From Azonexus sp. (GTDB lineage Bacteria > Pseudomonadota > Gammaproteobacteria > Burkholderiales > Rhodocyclaceae), in assembly GCA_030696345.1 (NCBI GenBank), contig JAUYSK010000024.1, positions 239,566 to 303,565 on the forward strand: DNA of 64,000 nt, written 5' to 3'. Under the pieces are notes generated by a model. That model was not told where the DNA came from. It made no database searches and saw only the letters and a program-made list of their open reading frames with translations. Below, piece after piece: positions 1 through 9,463 of this stretch (position 1 is its first letter; every line of letters begins with the position of its first letter). Position numbers and translations under genes: made by a program.

Positions 1-665
1 GTCTTTGGCGTCAGCAAATAGACTTTTTCCTCGACCCGAACCGGCGTTTTGATCGCCGGATCCGGGTCCGGCTCAAAAAAGCTCTCAACATGGCTGAGCT
101 GAATTTCGAAAGCACTGGCGTACAAGCCGGCAATTTCGTCGGCCACTGCGAACGCCTGTCCCTGCGTTTCGCCATCTTCCGGCTCTTCAGTGGTCAGTAG
201 CAGCATTTTGCAGGCCGCCGGCAGGATAGCCTGGAGATGTTCGAGGTAAGCCCCACGGATTTCGTCGGGCAAGGCGGTCAGCGAGGCGCGATCGAAGACG
301 GCCGAAATATCGCCGAGATCGGCCGCCGTGAGCTGGAAAAAATCACCACAGAGGATGCCGATCCGGCCATTTTCCCACAGCGTGAATTTACCAACTGGCC
401 GGCGGCTGGCCTGGAGCCGGTTTTCGCGGAAGAAGGCGCGCACCGCCAGCGGGCTCAGTTCAACGCCGATCACCGTATGCCCTTGCCGGGCCAGCCAGAG
501 CATGTCCAGACTCTTGCCGCAAAGTGGGACGAAAATCCGGTCTGCTGCGGTCAACCCCAAATTTGGCCAATAATTGACCAGATGCGGATTGACGAGTTTC
601 TGATGAAAGGCCGTATTCCGGTCGCGCCAGGACTGCTGCCAAAGTTCGTTATCGCGCCCGGTCAT
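1..665 (-). CDS. tpm: Thiopurine S-methyltransferase (3'-truncated by window edge)
   Basis: Manual minus-strand translation from ATG at 665: MTGRDNELWQQSWRDRNTAFHQ..IFVPLCGKSLDMLWLARQGHTVIGVELSPLAV..CGDFF..VFDRASLTALP. These are TPMT motifs. Absent from the ORF track because no stop lies in the window. Confidence 0.85.
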   Translation of the reverse strand, partial: MTGRDNELWQQSWRDRNTAFHQKLVNPHLVNYWPNLGLTAADRIFVPLCGKSLDMLWLARQGHTVIGVELSPLAVRAFFRENRLQASRRPVGKFTLWENGRIGILCGDFFQLTAADLGDISAVFDRASLTALPDEIRGAYLEHLQAILPAACKMLLLTTEEPEDGETQGQAFAVADEIAGLYASAFEIQLSHVESFFEPDPDPAIKTPVRVEEKVYLLTPK

Positions 666-846
666 GATGACTTTTCCGGCAAATACGACGTTGTGAATCA
701 GGAAAATGTTCTGATCGAGAAACACAACACTTCGCTAGAAGAGCAATGCTGGCCGATAAGGCACTCGCGCGGAAGGAACGGTTCAAAACCGTCCATCGGC
801 GTTGACAGTATCACCGAATCAGCCACGCCAACCGGCAAGTCAAAAT

Positions 847-862
847 TGTCGCATTCTCTACA
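847..862 (+). promoter_or_regulatory. NifA upstream activator sequence
   Basis: TGT-CGCATTCTCT-ACA is an exact TGT-N10-ACA, ~60 bp upstream of a sigma54 promoter of nif genes. Confidence 0.75.
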
Positions 863-923
863 TTTGCCTGACGCGGCAACCTCACCATCAAATAATTTCC
901 TTATATTTCATTAACTTGGGAAC

Positions 924-939
924 TGGCACCACCCTTGCT
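924..939 (+). promoter_or_regulatory. Sigma54 (-24/-12) promoter of nifV operon
   Basis: TGGCAC-CACCC-TTGCT matches TGGCAC-N5-TTGCW. RBS GAGGAG precedes nifV. Confidence 0.9.
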
Positions 940-962
940 AAGAAGACAGCGAGGAGATTTCC

Positions 963-2102
963 ATGACCAAGTCGCAATTCGTCACGATCAACGACACCAC
1001 CCTGCGCGACGGCGAACAGTCGGCGGGCGTGGCGTTCTCGCTGGACGAAAAACTGGGTATCGCCTGCCAGCTTGCCGCCATCGGCGTGCCGGAACTGGAA
1101 GTCGGCATTCCGGCGATGGGCGATGAGGAATGTGATTCGATTCGTGCCGTTGCCGCGCTCAATCTCGCCCCCCGGCTGATGGTCTGGAGCCGCATGCACC
1201 CGGCCGACATCGCCGCCTGCGCCAACCTCGGGGCGCATCTGATCGACATTTCGGTGCCTTCGTCAGACCAGCACCTGTCCTACAAGTTGAAACAGGACCG
1301 CGCCTGGTTACTGCGCGAACTGCCCAAATTCATCGGCGCCGCCCTCAACCTTGGCCTGGAAGTCGGCCTCGGCTGCGAAGATGCCTCCCGAGCCGACATG
1401 AACTTCCTCTGCGCCCTGGCCGAAGTTGCCGAACGGGCCGGTGCCCGCCGCCTGCGCTTCGCCGACACACTGGGCATTCTTGAGCCTTTCGGCACCTTTG
1501 AGCGAATCAGCCAGTTGCGCCGCAATACCGGGCTGGAAATCGAAATGCACGCCCATGACGACATGGGCCTGGCCACCGCCAACACGCTGGCTGCCTGCAA
1601 GGCCGGCGCAACGCACGTCAACACCACGGTCAACGGCCTCGGCGAGCGCGCCGGCAATGCCCCGCTGGAAGAAGTCGTGCTTGGCCTAACCAAGCTCTAC
1701 GGCATCGAAACCGGTGTCAGCCTGAAAGGTTTTCCGGCCCTCTCCAGTCAGGTGGCCAGCGCCTCTGGTCGCGCCGTACCTTGGCAGAAAAGCATCGTTG
1801 GCGCCGGCGCCTTCACCCACGAAGCCGGCATCCACGTCGATGGCCTCCTCAAGCACCCGGACAACTACCAGGGCTATGACCCGCAGGAAGTCGGTCAGTC
1901 GCACCGGATCGTGCTCGGCAAGCACTCCGGCTCGCGTGCCGTGCAGGTGGTTTATGCCGGCCTGGGATTGACCGTCAATGACGGCGAAGCCCATGCATTA
2001 CTGCCCCGGGTCCGCAACTTTGTCGCCGAACACAAGCATCCGCCGGAGTCGTCCGATCTGCACGACCTTCTGGCCTCCGTCCGGAGCCACCTCCATGTCT
2101 GA
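963..2102 (+). CDS. nifV: Homocitrate synthase
   Basis: [39 protein letters not shown] motifs; nif context. Confidence 0.95.
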   Translation: MTKSQFVTINDTTLRDGEQSAGVAFSLDEKLGIACQLAAIGVPELEVGIPAMGDEECDSIRAVAALNLAPRLMVWSRMHPADIAACANLGAHLIDISVPSSDQHLSYKLKQDRAWLLRELPKFIGAALNLGLEVGLGCEDASRADMNFLCALAEVAERAGARRLRFADTLGILEPFGTFERISQLRRNTGLEIEMHAHDDMGLATANTLAACKAGATHVNTTVNGLGERAGNAPLEEVVLGLTKLYGIETGVSLKGFPALSSQVASASGRAVPWQKSIVGAGAFTHEAGIHVDGLLKHPDNYQGYDPQEVGQSHRIVLGKHSGSRAVQVVYAGLGLTVNDGEAHALLPRVRNFVAEHKHPPESSDLHDLLASVRSHLHV

Positions 2103-2871
2103 AGCGATGACCATGACCGCCATTTCCACTGCAGCCCCGGGCCTTTGGGCAACCCTGAAGGAAGACCTGTCCTGCGTCTTCCAGCGCGACCCGGCTGCCC
2201 GCTCGACGCTCGAAGTGGTGACCACTTACCCTGGCGTCCATGCCATCCTGACCCATCGCCTGTCGCACCGCCTGTGGCTGGCTGGCTGGCGCTTTCCCGC
2301 CCGCTTCCTCTCGTTTCTTGGGCGGACGCTGACCAACGTCGATATTCACCCCGGCGCTACCATCGGCCGCCGCTTCTTCATCGACCATGGCGCCTGCGTC
2401 GTGATCGGTGAAACCGCCGAAGTCGGCGACGATGTCACGCTCTATCACGGTGTCACGCTCGGCGGGACCTCGTGGAACAAGGGCAAACGTCACCCTACCC
2501 TTGCTGACGGCGTGGTAGTTGGCGCCGGCGCCAAAATTCTCGGACCAATCCATATCGGCGCTCGCGTCCGGGTCGGTGCCAATTCGGTGGTGGTCAAGGA
2601 TGTACCGGCCGACCGCACAGTGATCGGCGTGCCGGGGCGTATCGTCGAAACCCGGATCGCCACCTCACGCCCGGAAAACGGCATCAACCTCGACCATAAC
2701 GTCATGCCCGACCCGGTCGCCAAATCGATCGCCTGCCTGATCGAGCGCATCGAAACCATGGAAAGGGAACTGGCCCAGCTACGCCACGAACCGCCACCAG
2801 CGGATCACACTGATCAATGCAACACCTGTTCGGCTGGAGACTTGTGCTGCGAGCACGAGTCCATGCACTGA
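2095..2871 (+). CDS. cysE: Serine O-acetyltransferase (nif-associated CysE/NifP)
   Basis: [28 protein letters not shown] hexapeptide-repeat motifs. Start at 2095 overlaps the nifV stop; 2107 or 2113 are alternatives. Confidence 0.9.
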   Translation: MSEAMTMTAISTAAPGLWATLKEDLSCVFQRDPAARSTLEVVTTYPGVHAILTHRLSHRLWLAGWRFPARFLSFLGRTLTNVDIHPGATIGRRFFIDHGACVVIGETAEVGDDVTLYHGVTLGGTSWNKGKRHPTLADGVVVGAGAKILGPIHIGARVRVGANSVVVKDVPADRTVIGVPGRIVETRIATSRPENGINLDHNVMPDPVAKSIACLIERIETMERELAQLRHEPPPADHTDQCNTCSAGDLCCEHESMH

Positions 2872-2878
2872 GATCGAC

Positions 2879-3409
2879 ATGGACCTGCTCGATTTCACCG
2901 ACTGCAATCTTTACTTTGAAGATCCGCTTCCCGCCGAGGCTGAGCGTCTTATTGCCCAGGCTGCGAGTGAATACGGTGAAGACACAGCTGAAATGGCCCT
3001 GCTCCGCGCCCACCTGATGGCACCGGACAACTTGTCCGTACTCGTCGGCCTGTATCGCTACTATTTTTATCAGCATCGCCTGGACGATGCCCTGATGGTC
3101 GCTGAACGCGCCATGCAACTATCCGGCCGCCTGCTCGGTCTGGCGCCGGACTGGCGCACGCTTGATGAAGCCCGTCTTGGCACGGCTGCCGCCAACTCCT
3201 TCGGGATGTTGCGCTTTTATCTGCTGGCCCTGAAAGCAGCGAGCGTCGTGCTACTCCGTCTTGGCCAGATCGACGCCTCGCGTGATCGGCTGATCAAGCT
3301 GGCCGGGCTCGATAGCCGCGACCAGATGGGCGCCGCAAAATTGCTCGAAGTTGTCGATGCCTTTCACCACCCCGCCGATGAATCCGAAATTCAATTATCT
3401 GCAGCCTGA
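2879..3409 (+). CDS. Conserved nif-cluster helical (TPR-like) hypothetical protein
   Basis: 176-aa ORF between cysE and nifW, the position held by a nif-associated ORF in Azotobacter-type clusters. Confidence 0.7.
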   Translation: MDLLDFTDCNLYFEDPLPAEAERLIAQAASEYGEDTAEMALLRAHLMAPDNLSVLVGLYRYYFYQHRLDDALMVAERAMQLSGRLLGLAPDWRTLDEARLGTAAANSFGMLRFYLLALKAASVVLLRLGQIDASRDRLIKLAGLDSRDQMGAAKLLEVVDAFHHPADESEIQLSAA

Positions 3410-3420
3410 GGAGTACCACC

Positions 3421-3762
3421 ATGGACGATACCCTGACCTTCACCGAATCCCTCGAAGAACTGGTTTCCGCCGAGGACTTCCTCGATTACTTCGAAATCCC
3501 CTACGACCCGAGCGTGGTCCACGTGAACCGCCTGCACATCCTGCAACGCTTCCACGACTATCTCGGCAAGCAGGCGCCGAACATGCCGCCGGAAGAAGAG
3601 CAGCAACGCGGTATCTACCGCCTCTGGCTGGAACGCGCCTATCAGGATTTCGTGACCTCCAACGCGCTGAATGAAAAGGTTTTTGCGGTCTTTCAGCATG
3701 TCGACAAGCCGGGTGGTGGTTCGACCTCGTTTGTCTCACTCGACAAGGTGTTCAGAGAATGA
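3421..3762 (+). CDS. nifW: Nitrogenase-stabilizing protein NifW
   Basis: SAEDFLDYFEIPYD..VNRLHILQRF..VF signature. Confidence 0.93.
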   Translation: MDDTLTFTESLEELVSAEDFLDYFEIPYDPSVVHVNRLHILQRFHDYLGKQAPNMPPEEEQQRGIYRLWLERAYQDFVTSNALNEKVFAVFQHVDKPGGGSTSFVSLDKVFRE

Positions 3763-4217
3763 ACGGGTCACGCTGGGAACAGGGCGAAGCCGTCCGCCTG
3801 ATCCGCAACGTCCGCAACGACGGCACCTACCCTGGCATGGACCCCGGTATGCCGCTGGTTCGCCGTGGCAGTGTCGGATACGTGATGGATGTCGGGACCT
3901 TCCTTCAGGATCAAATCATCTACTCGGTCAACTTTCTCGACGAAGACCGCATCGTCGGCTGCCGCGAAGAGGAGCTGATCGGGGCCGAAGAGCCGTGGGC
4001 GCCCTCTCGCTTCGAATTTCGCGAGAAAGTCCTTTCCGCCAAGGGCTTGTCTATCAATGGCACTGTGCTGGTGCAACCGGGCGCCATCGGCGAAGTCATC
4101 AAGGTTGTGCGGGATGCCCCGGGTGGGGTGGCCTACCACATTCACTTCGACAGCCTGCTCGGCCGCGTCCTGCAAATTCCCGAAGACGCCTTGACGGCGG
4201 TGGAACCAAGGGACTAG
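3759..4217 (+). CDS. nifZ: Nitrogen fixation protein NifZ
   Basis: RNVRNDGTYPG..RGSVGYV..GTFLQDQIIYSV..VGCREEEL signature. Confidence 0.93.
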   Translation: MNGSRWEQGEAVRLIRNVRNDGTYPGMDPGMPLVRRGSVGYVMDVGTFLQDQIIYSVNFLDEDRIVGCREEELIGAEEPWAPSRFEFREKVLSAKGLSINGTVLVQPGAIGEVIKVVRDAPGGVAYHIHFDSLLGRVLQIPEDALTAVEPRD

Positions 4218-4221
4218 AACC

Positions 4222-5061
4222 ATGCGGCACGGCTACCTTGAACTGAAGATTTCCTGGGAGATTTTCCGAAAACTGCCGGAAACGCTCTCCAAACTCGAGT
4301 TCGACAAGCTGGCAAAAATCGCTGCCCGACAAAGCGCGATTGAACAGAAAATTCTGGCCAGCCCTGAAGCCGCCAATGTCGTCATTCCGGATGCCACTCT
4401 GAGCACACGCATCAGCGAAATCCGGGCGCGTTACCAGAGCGAGGACGATTTCGCCAAAGACATGAAACGCATCGGCCTCACCGAAGATGGGTTAAGGAAA
4501 ACAGTCGAGCTTGATCTGCGCGTCGAGGCACTGCTGGACAAGGTCGCCGCAAACGTCCCGCCGGTCACTTCGGTCGATGCCGAAATCTACTTTTGCCTGC
4601 ACCCGGAAGCTTTCACGCCACCGGAAAGCCGTCGGCTGCGTCATATCCTGATCACGTTCAACAACGCGAAAGAAAAACTCAAAGCGATTGCCCAGCTCGA
4701 TGTGCTGCGGTCAACGCTTGAAAACGCAACAAAATTCGGGGAAGCCGCCCAGCGCCATTCACAATGCCCGACCGCCATGAGCGGTGGCGAACTTGGCGTC
4801 GTCAAACGCCAGCAACTCTATCCTGAACTAGAACCAGCGGCTTTCGCCCTCAGCGAAGGCGAAATCAGCGAAATCCTGGAATCCCCGATCGGACTTCACA
4901 TCCTGCGCTGCGATGAAATCCAGTCCTCGGCTTCGCTGCAATTTTCTGAAGTCGAGCCGAAAATTGTCGAACGACTTAGCGACAAGCGCCGCCAGGAAGC
5001 CCAACGAAGCTGGATCAAATCCTTGTTTGCAAATACCCAGCCAGAAGCGTCGAGCTGCTAA
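4222..5061 (+). CDS. nifM: NifM peptidyl-prolyl isomerase
   Basis: Parvulin domain (RHILIT, HSQCPTAMSGGELG, ESPIGLHILRC) following nifZ. Confidence 0.92.
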   Translation: MRHGYLELKISWEIFRKLPETLSKLEFDKLAKIAARQSAIEQKILASPEAANVVIPDATLSTRISEIRARYQSEDDFAKDMKRIGLTEDGLRKTVELDLRVEALLDKVAANVPPVTSVDAEIYFCLHPEAFTPPESRRLRHILITFNNAKEKLKAIAQLDVLRSTLENATKFGEAAQRHSQCPTAMSGGELGVVKRQQLYPELEPAAFALSEGEISEILESPIGLHILRCDEIQSSASLQFSEVEPKIVERLSDKRRQEAQRSWIKSLFANTQPEASSC

Positions 5062-5067
5062 CAAAAA

Positions 5068-5325
5068 TCAGTCGTCCAACGCATCCTCGTCCGAGGAAGC
5101 ATCATCATCCTCACGAATCTCGCCAAGTGCAGCCTCGGCATTGCGCTCGAAATACAACTCGATCGCTTCGCGCAAATTCTCCAAAGCCTCTTCCTCAGTT
5201 GCACCGTCGCTGGCAACATCAATATCCAGACATCGCGCAACAATCATGTCGTCATCGGGATACAACTCATACTTGATTTTGTAAGGTACAGATTCGTTCA
5301 TGGCGGCTTGGTCTGTGCCTGGCAC
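5068..5325 (-). CDS. HicB-like antitoxin-family protein (no adjacent HicA)
   Basis: VARCLDIDVASDGATEEEALENLREAIELYF resembles the HicB N-terminal fold; acidic tail. Confidence 0.7.
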   Translation of the reverse strand: MPGTDQAAMNESVPYKIKYELYPDDDMIVARCLDIDVASDGATEEEALENLREAIELYFERNAEAALGEIREDDDASSDEDALDD

Positions 5326-5398
5326 AGCATCGGATAACTTGGATTGGCGTGCGTTGACCGAAAAATCTGGCTAGGAACCCTTGCGCGGCAATAGGTTC

Positions 5399-5486
5399 TG
5401 GCGGGAGCTCAGGGATTCGAACCCTGGATGCCTTTCGGCATGCCGGTTTTCAAGACCGGTGCAATCGACCACTCTGCCAAACTCCC
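5399..5486 (-). tRNA. tRNA-Ser(UGA)
   Basis: Cloverleaf: anticodon stem CCGGT/ACCGG around CT-TGA-AA, long variable arm, GTTCGAATC T-loop, discriminator G, encoded CCA. Confidence 0.97.
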
Positions 5487-5673
5487 AACATGCTAGCTAC
5501 AGCAAACTTCAAGGTCGGCGCGGTCAAACACTCTGTCGCCACCCTGGAAGGCGCGCATGATAGCATAAAGACAGCCGACATTACCCGACCATTTTACTCA
5601 AGAATTATTGAAACTTTTCCTCGGCTCCGTTAGTCATATTGACTGAGCAAACTTTAGAAAGGGAACAACCCTT

Positions 5674-6366
5674 ATGAACACCCACTTTGACACGACCAGC
5701 CAAGGCTCATCCGGCCTTGCCCTGCAACAGAATAGCGTTCTGCGCAACACCTACATGTTGCTTGCTGCTTCCATGATTCCGACCGTGATCGGCGCCTTGG
5801 TCGGTATCCAGTTGGAGTTCAGCTTCCTGGCAGGCAGTCCGTTCATCGCCTTCATGCTCTTCCTGGGCATTGCCTGGGGCTTCATGTACGGCATTGAGAA
5901 GAACAAGAACAGTGGAATGGGCGTAGCCCTTTTGCTGGGCTTCACGTTCTTTATGGGCCTGATGCTCTCGCGCATTTTGCAAGTCGCCCTCGGCTTCTCC
6001 AACGGCACTTCAATGATTGCGATGGCTGCAGCCGGTACCGGTGCCGTCTTCTTCACGATGGCGAGCATTGCCACCGTCAGCAAGCGCGATTTCAGCAACA
6101 TGGGCAAGTTCCTCTTCGTCGGGATGATCGTCATCCTGCTTGCTGCCGTGGCCAACATCTTCTTTCAGATTCCCGCCTTGTCGCTGGCCATCTCGGCCGC
6201 TGCCGTTATGATTTTCTCGGCTTACATCCTGTATGACATCAGCCGCATCATTCAAGGTGGCGAAACGAACTATGTCAGCGCTACCCTTGCGGTATACCTT
6301 GATGTTTACAACGTTTTCGTCAGCCTGCTGAATCTGATCATGGCCTTCACCGGCGAACGCGACTAA
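5674..6366 (+). CDS. yccA: Bax inhibitor-1/YccA family membrane protein
   Basis: VLRNTYMLLA start, seven hydrophobic segments, GETNYVSATLAVYLDVYNVF. Confidence 0.9.
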   Translation: MNTHFDTTSQGSSGLALQQNSVLRNTYMLLAASMIPTVIGALVGIQLEFSFLAGSPFIAFMLFLGIAWGFMYGIEKNKNSGMGVALLLGFTFFMGLMLSRILQVALGFSNGTSMIAMAAAGTGAVFFTMASIATVSKRDFSNMGKFLFVGMIVILLAAVANIFFQIPALSLAISAAAVMIFSAYILYDISRIIQGGETNYVSATLAVYLDVYNVFVSLLNLIMAFTGERD

Positions 6367-6386
6367 GCACTTCTGACAGGAATTCC

Positions 6387-6411
6387 AAGGGCGGCTCCGG
6401 CCGCCCTTTTT
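6387..6411 (+). terminator. Rho-independent terminator
   Basis: AAGGGCGGC-TCCG-GCCGCCCTT followed by a T-run. Confidence 0.8.
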
Positions 6412-6429
6412 ACATCCCGATGACGATGT

Positions 6430-7734
6430 TCAAGTCCGTTCGAAAACAGCGATCGATTCGACGTGCGAGGTGTGCGGGAACATATTGACGGCACCTGCCG
6501 CGACAAACCCGTAGCCTTTCTGCGAAACAAGTACTTGAGCATCCCTGGCCAAGGTCGCCGGATTGCACGAAACATAGACAAGGCGACGCGGAGCATCTTC
6601 AGCGAGTGCTTTGACCAGTTCCAGCGCACCCTCCCGCGGCGGATCGATCAACATTTTGTCGAAGCGCCCAAGTTTCCGCAGAGACTCTTCCGTGTATTCA
6701 AACAGGTTGGCCACGCCAAACTGCACTTGCTCGGAAAGCCCATTGGCCGCAGCGCCTTCGCGCCCCCGTCGCACCAACGCCTCGCTACCTTCAACCCCAA
6801 GTACGCTTGCCCCGGAACGGGCAATTGGCAACGTGAAGTTACCCAGCCCACTGAACATGTCGGCGATTCGCTCACCTGGTTGCGGATCGAGTAGGCGAAT
6901 GGCGCGACGAACCAGCAATCGATTTACCGCATGGTTGACCTGGGTAAAATCGGTTGGCCGAAAATCCAGTTCCAGATCAAATTCAGGCAAGGTGTAGGAC
7001 AAACGAGGCCCTGGTACCGGATAAAAACGATAGGCGCTATCCGGCCCCTTGGGTTGAAGATAGAAGAGCACACCGTAACGGTCGGCAAAGTCGCGCAGCA
7101 GCAGCTCGTCCTTGCCCTTGATCGGTTCGAGGATGCGAAGAAGGAGCGACGTGCAGTGCTCACCCACCGCAATGTCGACCTGCGGCAAGCGATCAGAAAT
7201 CGATAACGCAGCAAATAGTTCGCGCAGCGGCATGAGCAACGCCGAAACATGCGGCGGCAGAACCTCACAGCCTCGCATGTCAGTGATGTAGGTACTCCGC
7301 CGTTCGTGGAAGCCAATCAGCACGCCAGCTTTCTTCGAAACCTTGCGAACGCCAAGTCTTGCCCGGTGCCGATAGCCCCAGTCAGCTCCTTGAATCGGCG
7401 GCAGGATGGTTTCGGGGCGAACCCGCCCGATATGCCACAAGCTATCCTCAAGCACCCGTTGCTTGGCTGCGAGTTGTGCCGACGGCTCCATGTGCTGCAC
7501 AGCACAGCCACCGCAAATGCCAAAATATTCGCAACGCGGCGTAACCCTTGCGGTTGATGGCTTCAGAACACTTACCAGATGGGCTAGTTCGTAGCTCGGC
7601 TTTCTCCGAAAACTGGCGTACTCAACACGCTCGCCCGGCAAGGCACCATCGACGAAAATGGTTTTGCCCTCCAGACGGGTAATTCCCCTCGCCTCATGAT
7701 CCAGCGACTCGACAATCCCGATTGGCACGGTCAA
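6430..7734 (-). CDS. rlmD: 23S rRNA (uracil-1939-C5)-methyltransferase
   Basis: TRAM domain, [10 protein letters not shown] Fe-S motif, [24 protein letters not shown]. Confidence 0.95.
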   Translation of the reverse strand: MTVPIGIVESLDHEARGITRLEGKTIFVDGALPGERVEYASFRRKPSYELAHLVSVLKPSTARVTPRCEYFGICGGCAVQHMEPSAQLAAKQRVLEDSLWHIGRVRPETILPPIQGADWGYRHRARLGVRKVSKKAGVLIGFHERRSTYITDMRGCEVLPPHVSALLMPLRELFAALSISDRLPQVDIAVGEHCTSLLLRILEPIKGKDELLLRDFADRYGVLFYLQPKGPDSAYRFYPVPGPRLSYTLPEFDLELDFRPTDFTQVNHAVNRLLVRRAIRLLDPQPGERIADMFSGLGNFTLPIARSGASVLGVEGSEALVRRGREGAAANGLSEQVQFGVANLFEYTEESLRKLGRFDKMLIDPPREGALELVKALAEDAPRRLVYVSCNPATLARDAQVLVSQKGYGFVAAGAVNMFPHTSHVESIAVFERT

Positions 7735-7778
7735 CTCCGAAAAAGCGCGAATTCTATCAATCAGTTACACTAAGCGCC

Positions 7779-8255
7779 ATGGCACGCGAACTGATTACTA
7801 CCTGGAGTGACTATCAGGCGGCGATTGACCGGCTGCTAGCCATCGCCTCCCAGAAAATGTGCATTTACGATGAAGATCTCGGCCAACTCAAGCTGGAATC
7901 GGCAACTCGGCTGAACGAGCTGAAACGCGTCATGCATGGCAGCCATCAGGAAGCGCTGAGAATAGCCTTGCGCAACGCGATGTTATTGCGCCGGGACCAC
8001 CCAAAGCTTTGTACCCTGCTGAGCACTTACAGCCACCAAGCCATGGCCCAGCAAACCCCGGAACAGATCGCTCACTTGCGCGACAGCATGATTCTGGTTG
8101 ATGGCAGACATGCGTTGATCCGCTTTGATCGTGATCAGGCGCGCAGCAAACTCCTGATCGATGAAGCCGACGAACTGAGACCCTACTTGACCCGCTTTGA
8201 AGAAATCTGGGCAGAAGGTGGGGAACCCGTTTCAAGTACGACGCTGGGCCTCTGA
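7779..8255 (+). CDS. Hypothetical protein
   Basis: Host-like ORF. The ATG at 7779 is preferred because it avoids overlap with rlmD. Confidence 0.65.
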   Translation: MARELITTWSDYQAAIDRLLAIASQKMCIYDEDLGQLKLESATRLNELKRVMHGSHQEALRIALRNAMLLRRDHPKLCTLLSTYSHQAMAQQTPEQIAHLRDSMILVDGRHALIRFDRDQARSKLLIDEADELRPYLTRFEEIWAEGGEPVSSTTLGL

Positions 8256-8393
8256 TAGGCAACCGACATGCCGCAGCGCAGCAAAGCTGCGCCCAATAAA
8301 TAAAAATATTGCTATAATTGTCGACTGATTAGGCTGTCCCTGATCTCCCAATAATTTTTGTTTTTACTGGCTCTTGTCGATAAGGAAATCCCA

Positions 8394-8627
8394 ATGAATA
8401 AGTCACTTCTCGTTGCCGCTCTGCTTGCTGTTGCTCTGACCGCCTGTGGCAAGAAGGAAGCTCCTGCTGCTCCTGCTGCTGCCCCGGCTCCTGCTGCTGA
8501 AGCCGCCAAGCCTGCTGAGGCTGCTGCACCTGCCGCCCCGGCTGCACCTGCCGCCCCGGCTGCTGCTGATGCTGCCAAAGTTGTCGTCGAAGCTGGCAAA
8601 GCTGCTGCAGACGCTGCCAAGAAGTAA
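8394..8627 (+). CDS. Small Ala/Pro-rich lipoprotein
   Basis: RBS AAGGA; signal peptide with lipobox LTA-C; low-complexity APAA repeats. Confidence 0.8.
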   Translation: MNKSLLVAALLAVALTACGKKEAPAAPAAAPAPAAEAAKPAEAAAPAAPAAPAAPAAADAAKVVVEAGKAAADAAKK

Positions 8628-8643
8628 TTTTTCTTGTTTCAGC

Positions 8644-8670
8644 AAAAACGGGGCTTCGGCCCCGTTTTTT
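8644..8670. terminator. Bidirectional rho-independent terminator
   Basis: AAAAACGGGGC-TTCG-GCCCCGTTTTT between convergent genes. Confidence 0.85.
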
Positions 8671-8695
8671 ATTGCCACCTCAAACCAGTTTCAAG

Positions 8696-9463
8696 TCAGG
8701 CGATTTTTCGCCAGTCAAAACCTGCATCGGGTGTCGCCACCCCGATCCAACTCGCATCGCACCCCAAGGCATGAGCCAATACATCCGCGGCCAGTTCCGG
8801 CAGATTGTTGCGTTCACTAAGGTGAGCAGCAACCAGATGCTGCAAGCGGGAACAATCGATCCGGGTCAGTAATTCAGCAGCATCCGAGTTTTCGAGATGC
8901 CCATGGCGCCCCGCAATACGCCGCTTGAGCGAAGCCGGGTAAGACGAATTGGAAAGCATTTTCGCGTCATGATTACATTCGAGCACGAGCCCATCGCAAC
9001 CTGAGAGCAGATCGCGGACATGTTGGGTGATTTCACCGATGTCCGTCAGGATGCCGAGGCGATGCACAGAATCCGAGAATACGTATTGAACCGGCTCGCG
9101 GGCATCGTGGGGGACCGGAAAGGGTTGGACTTCCAGATCGCCAATCACCATTGGGCGGTGGCTATCGATGATGCGCAGATCGATTTCAATCTCAGCATCC
9201 CGACAGGAGAACCAGGTGCCGTGCGTCATCCAGACGGGCAAGGCGTACTTTCTGGCAAGACGAAATACGCCGCCCAAATGATCGCTATGCTCGTGCGTTA
9301 CTAGAATGCCGGCGAGGTCGGACGGTTGCCTTCCAAGTCGCTGCAATCGGGCTACGGTTTCCCGAAGCCCGAATCCGCAATCGAGCATCAAACAAGTGTC
9401 CCCACCCTCAACGAGCAGCGAGTTGCCCGCGCTGCCGCTGCCGAGCGAGGCAAAGCGGATCAC
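8696..9463 (-). CDS. MBL-fold metallo-hydrolase (YycJ/WalJ-like)
   Basis: SLGSGSAGN, THEHSDH, VPHDA, LECNHD, GHLEN, AHLSERNN. Confidence 0.88.
   Translation of the reverse strand: MIRFASLGSGSAGNSLLVEGGDTCLMLDCGFGLRETVARLQRLGRQPSDLAGILVTHEHSDHLGGVFRLARKYALPVWMTHGTWFSCRDAEIEIDLRIIDSHRPMVIGDLEVQPFPVPHDAREPVQYVFSDSVHRLGILTDIGEITQHVRDLLSGCDGLVLECNHDAKMLSNSSYPASLKRRIAGRHGHLENSDAAELLTRIDCSRLQHLVAAHLSERNNLPELAADVLAHALGCDASWIGVATPDAGFDWRKIA

Noticed and set aside
237-914. 225-aa plus-strand ORF
   Set aside because: It is a shadow of the minus-strand tpm gene and runs through the nif promoter.
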